This document shows, piece after piece, positions 62,714 to 64,000 of a stretch of 64,000 nucleotides of DNA. Numbering within the stretch: position 1 is the first letter of the stretch; the number at the start of each line of letters is the position of its first letter. The translations under genes were made by a program, and so were the position numbers. The DNA is from an uncultured Peptococcaceae bacterium (lineage in GTDB: Bacteria > Bacillota > Desulfotomaculia > Desulfotomaculales > Desulfohalotomaculaceae), in the NCBI GenBank assembly GCA_965546615.1, contig CBEUVQ010000005.1:9272-73271 (forward strand), read 5' to 3'. Below the pieces are notes generated by a model that worked only from the letters and a program-made list of their open reading frames with translations, searched no databases and was not told where the DNA came from.

Positions 62714-63343
62714 CTAACCGGCAAATACTGCTGCCGTGCTTTGAACCAGCAGTGGTGTTAGATATATTTCCACCAAACCTCCGGCAATCGTAATGAGTGT
62801 CATCATTAAAAAAAGCAGATTATACCCGATAAAACCTGGCAGTACCGCTATTTTAGAGTCAAAATATCTTTTCACCAGCAAAATTGAAAAGGAAAGCGAG
62901 GACACTGCTGCAATCAGCAGTGCCGGAAGATATAAAACATTTTGCGGCATTATCGATACCAAACTCAGCACCAACCCCTGCCAAGCTTGATGTTTAAGCA
63001 AAAATCCAACCGCAAACCCAAACGTAAACCCGCGGGCAAAAACTACCGCCATCACTGCCGGAATTCCTAAAACTGTTAAACCGGCCAAATATAAAACCAA
63101 GATTATTAGCAGGTTGCTGACAATGTTAGATTTTAGGTTTGATGCATTTAATTCCATTGAGGCAGCGTACTCAATAAAAGCGTTTAAATAATTGCTGATT
63201 TCTTTCACTTGGTCCGGTTTTAGGTAATCAACTGCCAGCACACCACAAATGCCACCTAAAGCAAAAAAAAGCAGTACAAACAAACACAACAGCCAGTTAG
63301 CACGTAGTGAGGCGACACAAATCTTTCTGATTTTTTCAGACAT
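62714..63343 (-). CDS. spoIIM: stage II sporulation protein M
   Basis: It is a polytopic membrane protein of SpoIIM type. ATG 63343 (MSEKIRK) has an AGGGGG SD. Its neighbourhood with xerD matches other Firmicutes. Confidence 0.8.
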   Translation of the reverse strand: MSEKIRKICVASLRANWLLCLFVLLFFALGGICGVLAVDYLKPDQVKEISNYLNAFIEYAASMELNASNLKSNIVSNLLIILVLYLAGLTVLGIPAVMAVVFARGFTFGFAVGFLLKHQAWQGLVLSLVSIMPQNVLYLPALLIAAVSSLSFSILLVKRYFDSKIAVLPGFIGYNLLFLMMTLITIAGGLVEIYLTPLLVQSTAAVFAG

Positions 63344-63402
63344 AAAACAACGCCCCCTGAGCATAAACCTGTCCATACATAGTTATGCTCGGAGGGCGCA
63401 AT

Positions 63403-64000
63403 CTATTCAAATTTTGAAACAATCAGTTTTACCAGGTACTCAGCAGCTAAAATATCTTCCAGCGAATTTGCCGATGCCGCCACCACGGTAATACCGGTTT
63501 GTAATTCCTTTGCTTTTTTAATTGCTCTCGCTGCCCCGGCATGCGCCGGAGCAGTATTTTTTTTCTGCATTGTTCTGGCCACCGTGGCCGTCAATACAGC
63601 CGGAGCACCGGCTGTCAGCGCAGCATCAAATGCCACACCTCCGGTGTTAGAGGCCACCAGCAGAATACGACCGCTTAAATCTGTCAGCTTGACAGTTTCT
63701 GCCCCCAGGTTGGGAATTACCGCCCCTATTTTAGCACCGGTTTCTTGCACGCCATTTATTACCTTAGTTACATTGCTCAAGCGCTGCTGTTCGGCAGCTA
63801 CCCGCGGTTCACACACCAGCACAATATCGGTATTAGCCTGTACCGCGTTCCTACCGGCAATTAACCCCACTTTTCGGGGATTAATTTCTACCGGGCAGCG
63901 GGTATTATCCGGAGCAGCTCCGTAAACCGCCAGCACACCGGCATCAATTGCAGCTTCACAGGTAGTTGACATATCAATAACATCAACCACTACAACAACC
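63403..64000 (-). CDS. 2-phosphosulfolactate phosphatase (ComB)-like protein, 5' end outside the window (tentative)
   Basis: The frame is open to the window end. VVVVVDVIDMSTTCEAAIDAG and the C-terminal SLEDILAAEYL resemble the ComB family patterns vvviDvlRAtsT and slEDtlcAG. This assignment is from memory only. Confidence 0.4.
   Translation of the reverse strand, partial: VVVVVDVIDMSTTCEAAIDAGVLAVYGAAPDNTRCPVEINPRKVGLIAGRNAVQANTDIVLVCEPRVAAEQQRLSNVTKVINGVQETGAKIGAVIPNLGAETVKLTDLSGRILLVASNTGGVAFDAALTAGAPAVLTATVARTMQKKNTAPAHAGAARAIKKAKELQTGITVVAASANSLEDILAAEYLVKLIVSKFE

Noticed and set aside
1-64000. CRISPR arrays, tRNA/rRNA genes, IS elements, prophage genes, toxin-antitoxin pairs or known defence systems.
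   Set aside because: I saw no repeat-spacer periodicity, no cloverleaf-compatible intergenic sequences, no transposase- or phage-like ORFs, and no recognisable defence domains on either strand.

Overview
This window is a 64-kb chromosomal segment from an endospore-forming Firmicute, apparently Clostridia or Peptococcaceae-like. It is densely packed with core housekeeping and sporulation genes. I support 66 protein-coding genes, 56 of them on the minus strand. I found one lysine (L-box) riboswitch with its terminator, about 17 intrinsic terminators or terminator-like hairpins, and several promoter or operator candidates. I saw no rRNA, tRNA, CRISPR array, IS element or prophage. Gene order closely parallels known Bacillus subtilis blocks: xerD-deoB-pdp-dacF-spoIIAA-spoIIAB-sigF-spoVA-lysA, scpA-scpB-ytfI/ytfJ-spmA-spmB-rluB, aroH...aroA-cmk-rpsA-der-gpsA-spoIVA, and hom-thrB. 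The interesting material is therefore whatever interrupts that backbone. The main candidates are: (1) a split three-gene acyl-CoA-dehydratase-activase-like module of unknown substrate, inserted at the spoVAF/lysA junction behind a forespore-type promoter. (2) The uncharacterised TIGR03916 radical SAM / TIGR03915 pair, behind a LexA-box-like operator. (3) An orphan HutP-family RNA-binding protein co-transcribed with AroH chorismate mutase and three hypothetical genes. (4) A reduced spoVA locus (dodecin-spoVAEA-spoVAF, with no spoVAC/AD/AEB). (5) The YIEGIA membrane protein with its small partner. (6) A DHH-CBS-CCA nucleotidyltransferase fusion translationally coupled to a site-2 protease and trpS. 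No classical defence, toxin-antitoxin or mobile system is visible. All functional calls rest on my recognition of motifs and families from the translations, not on database searches.
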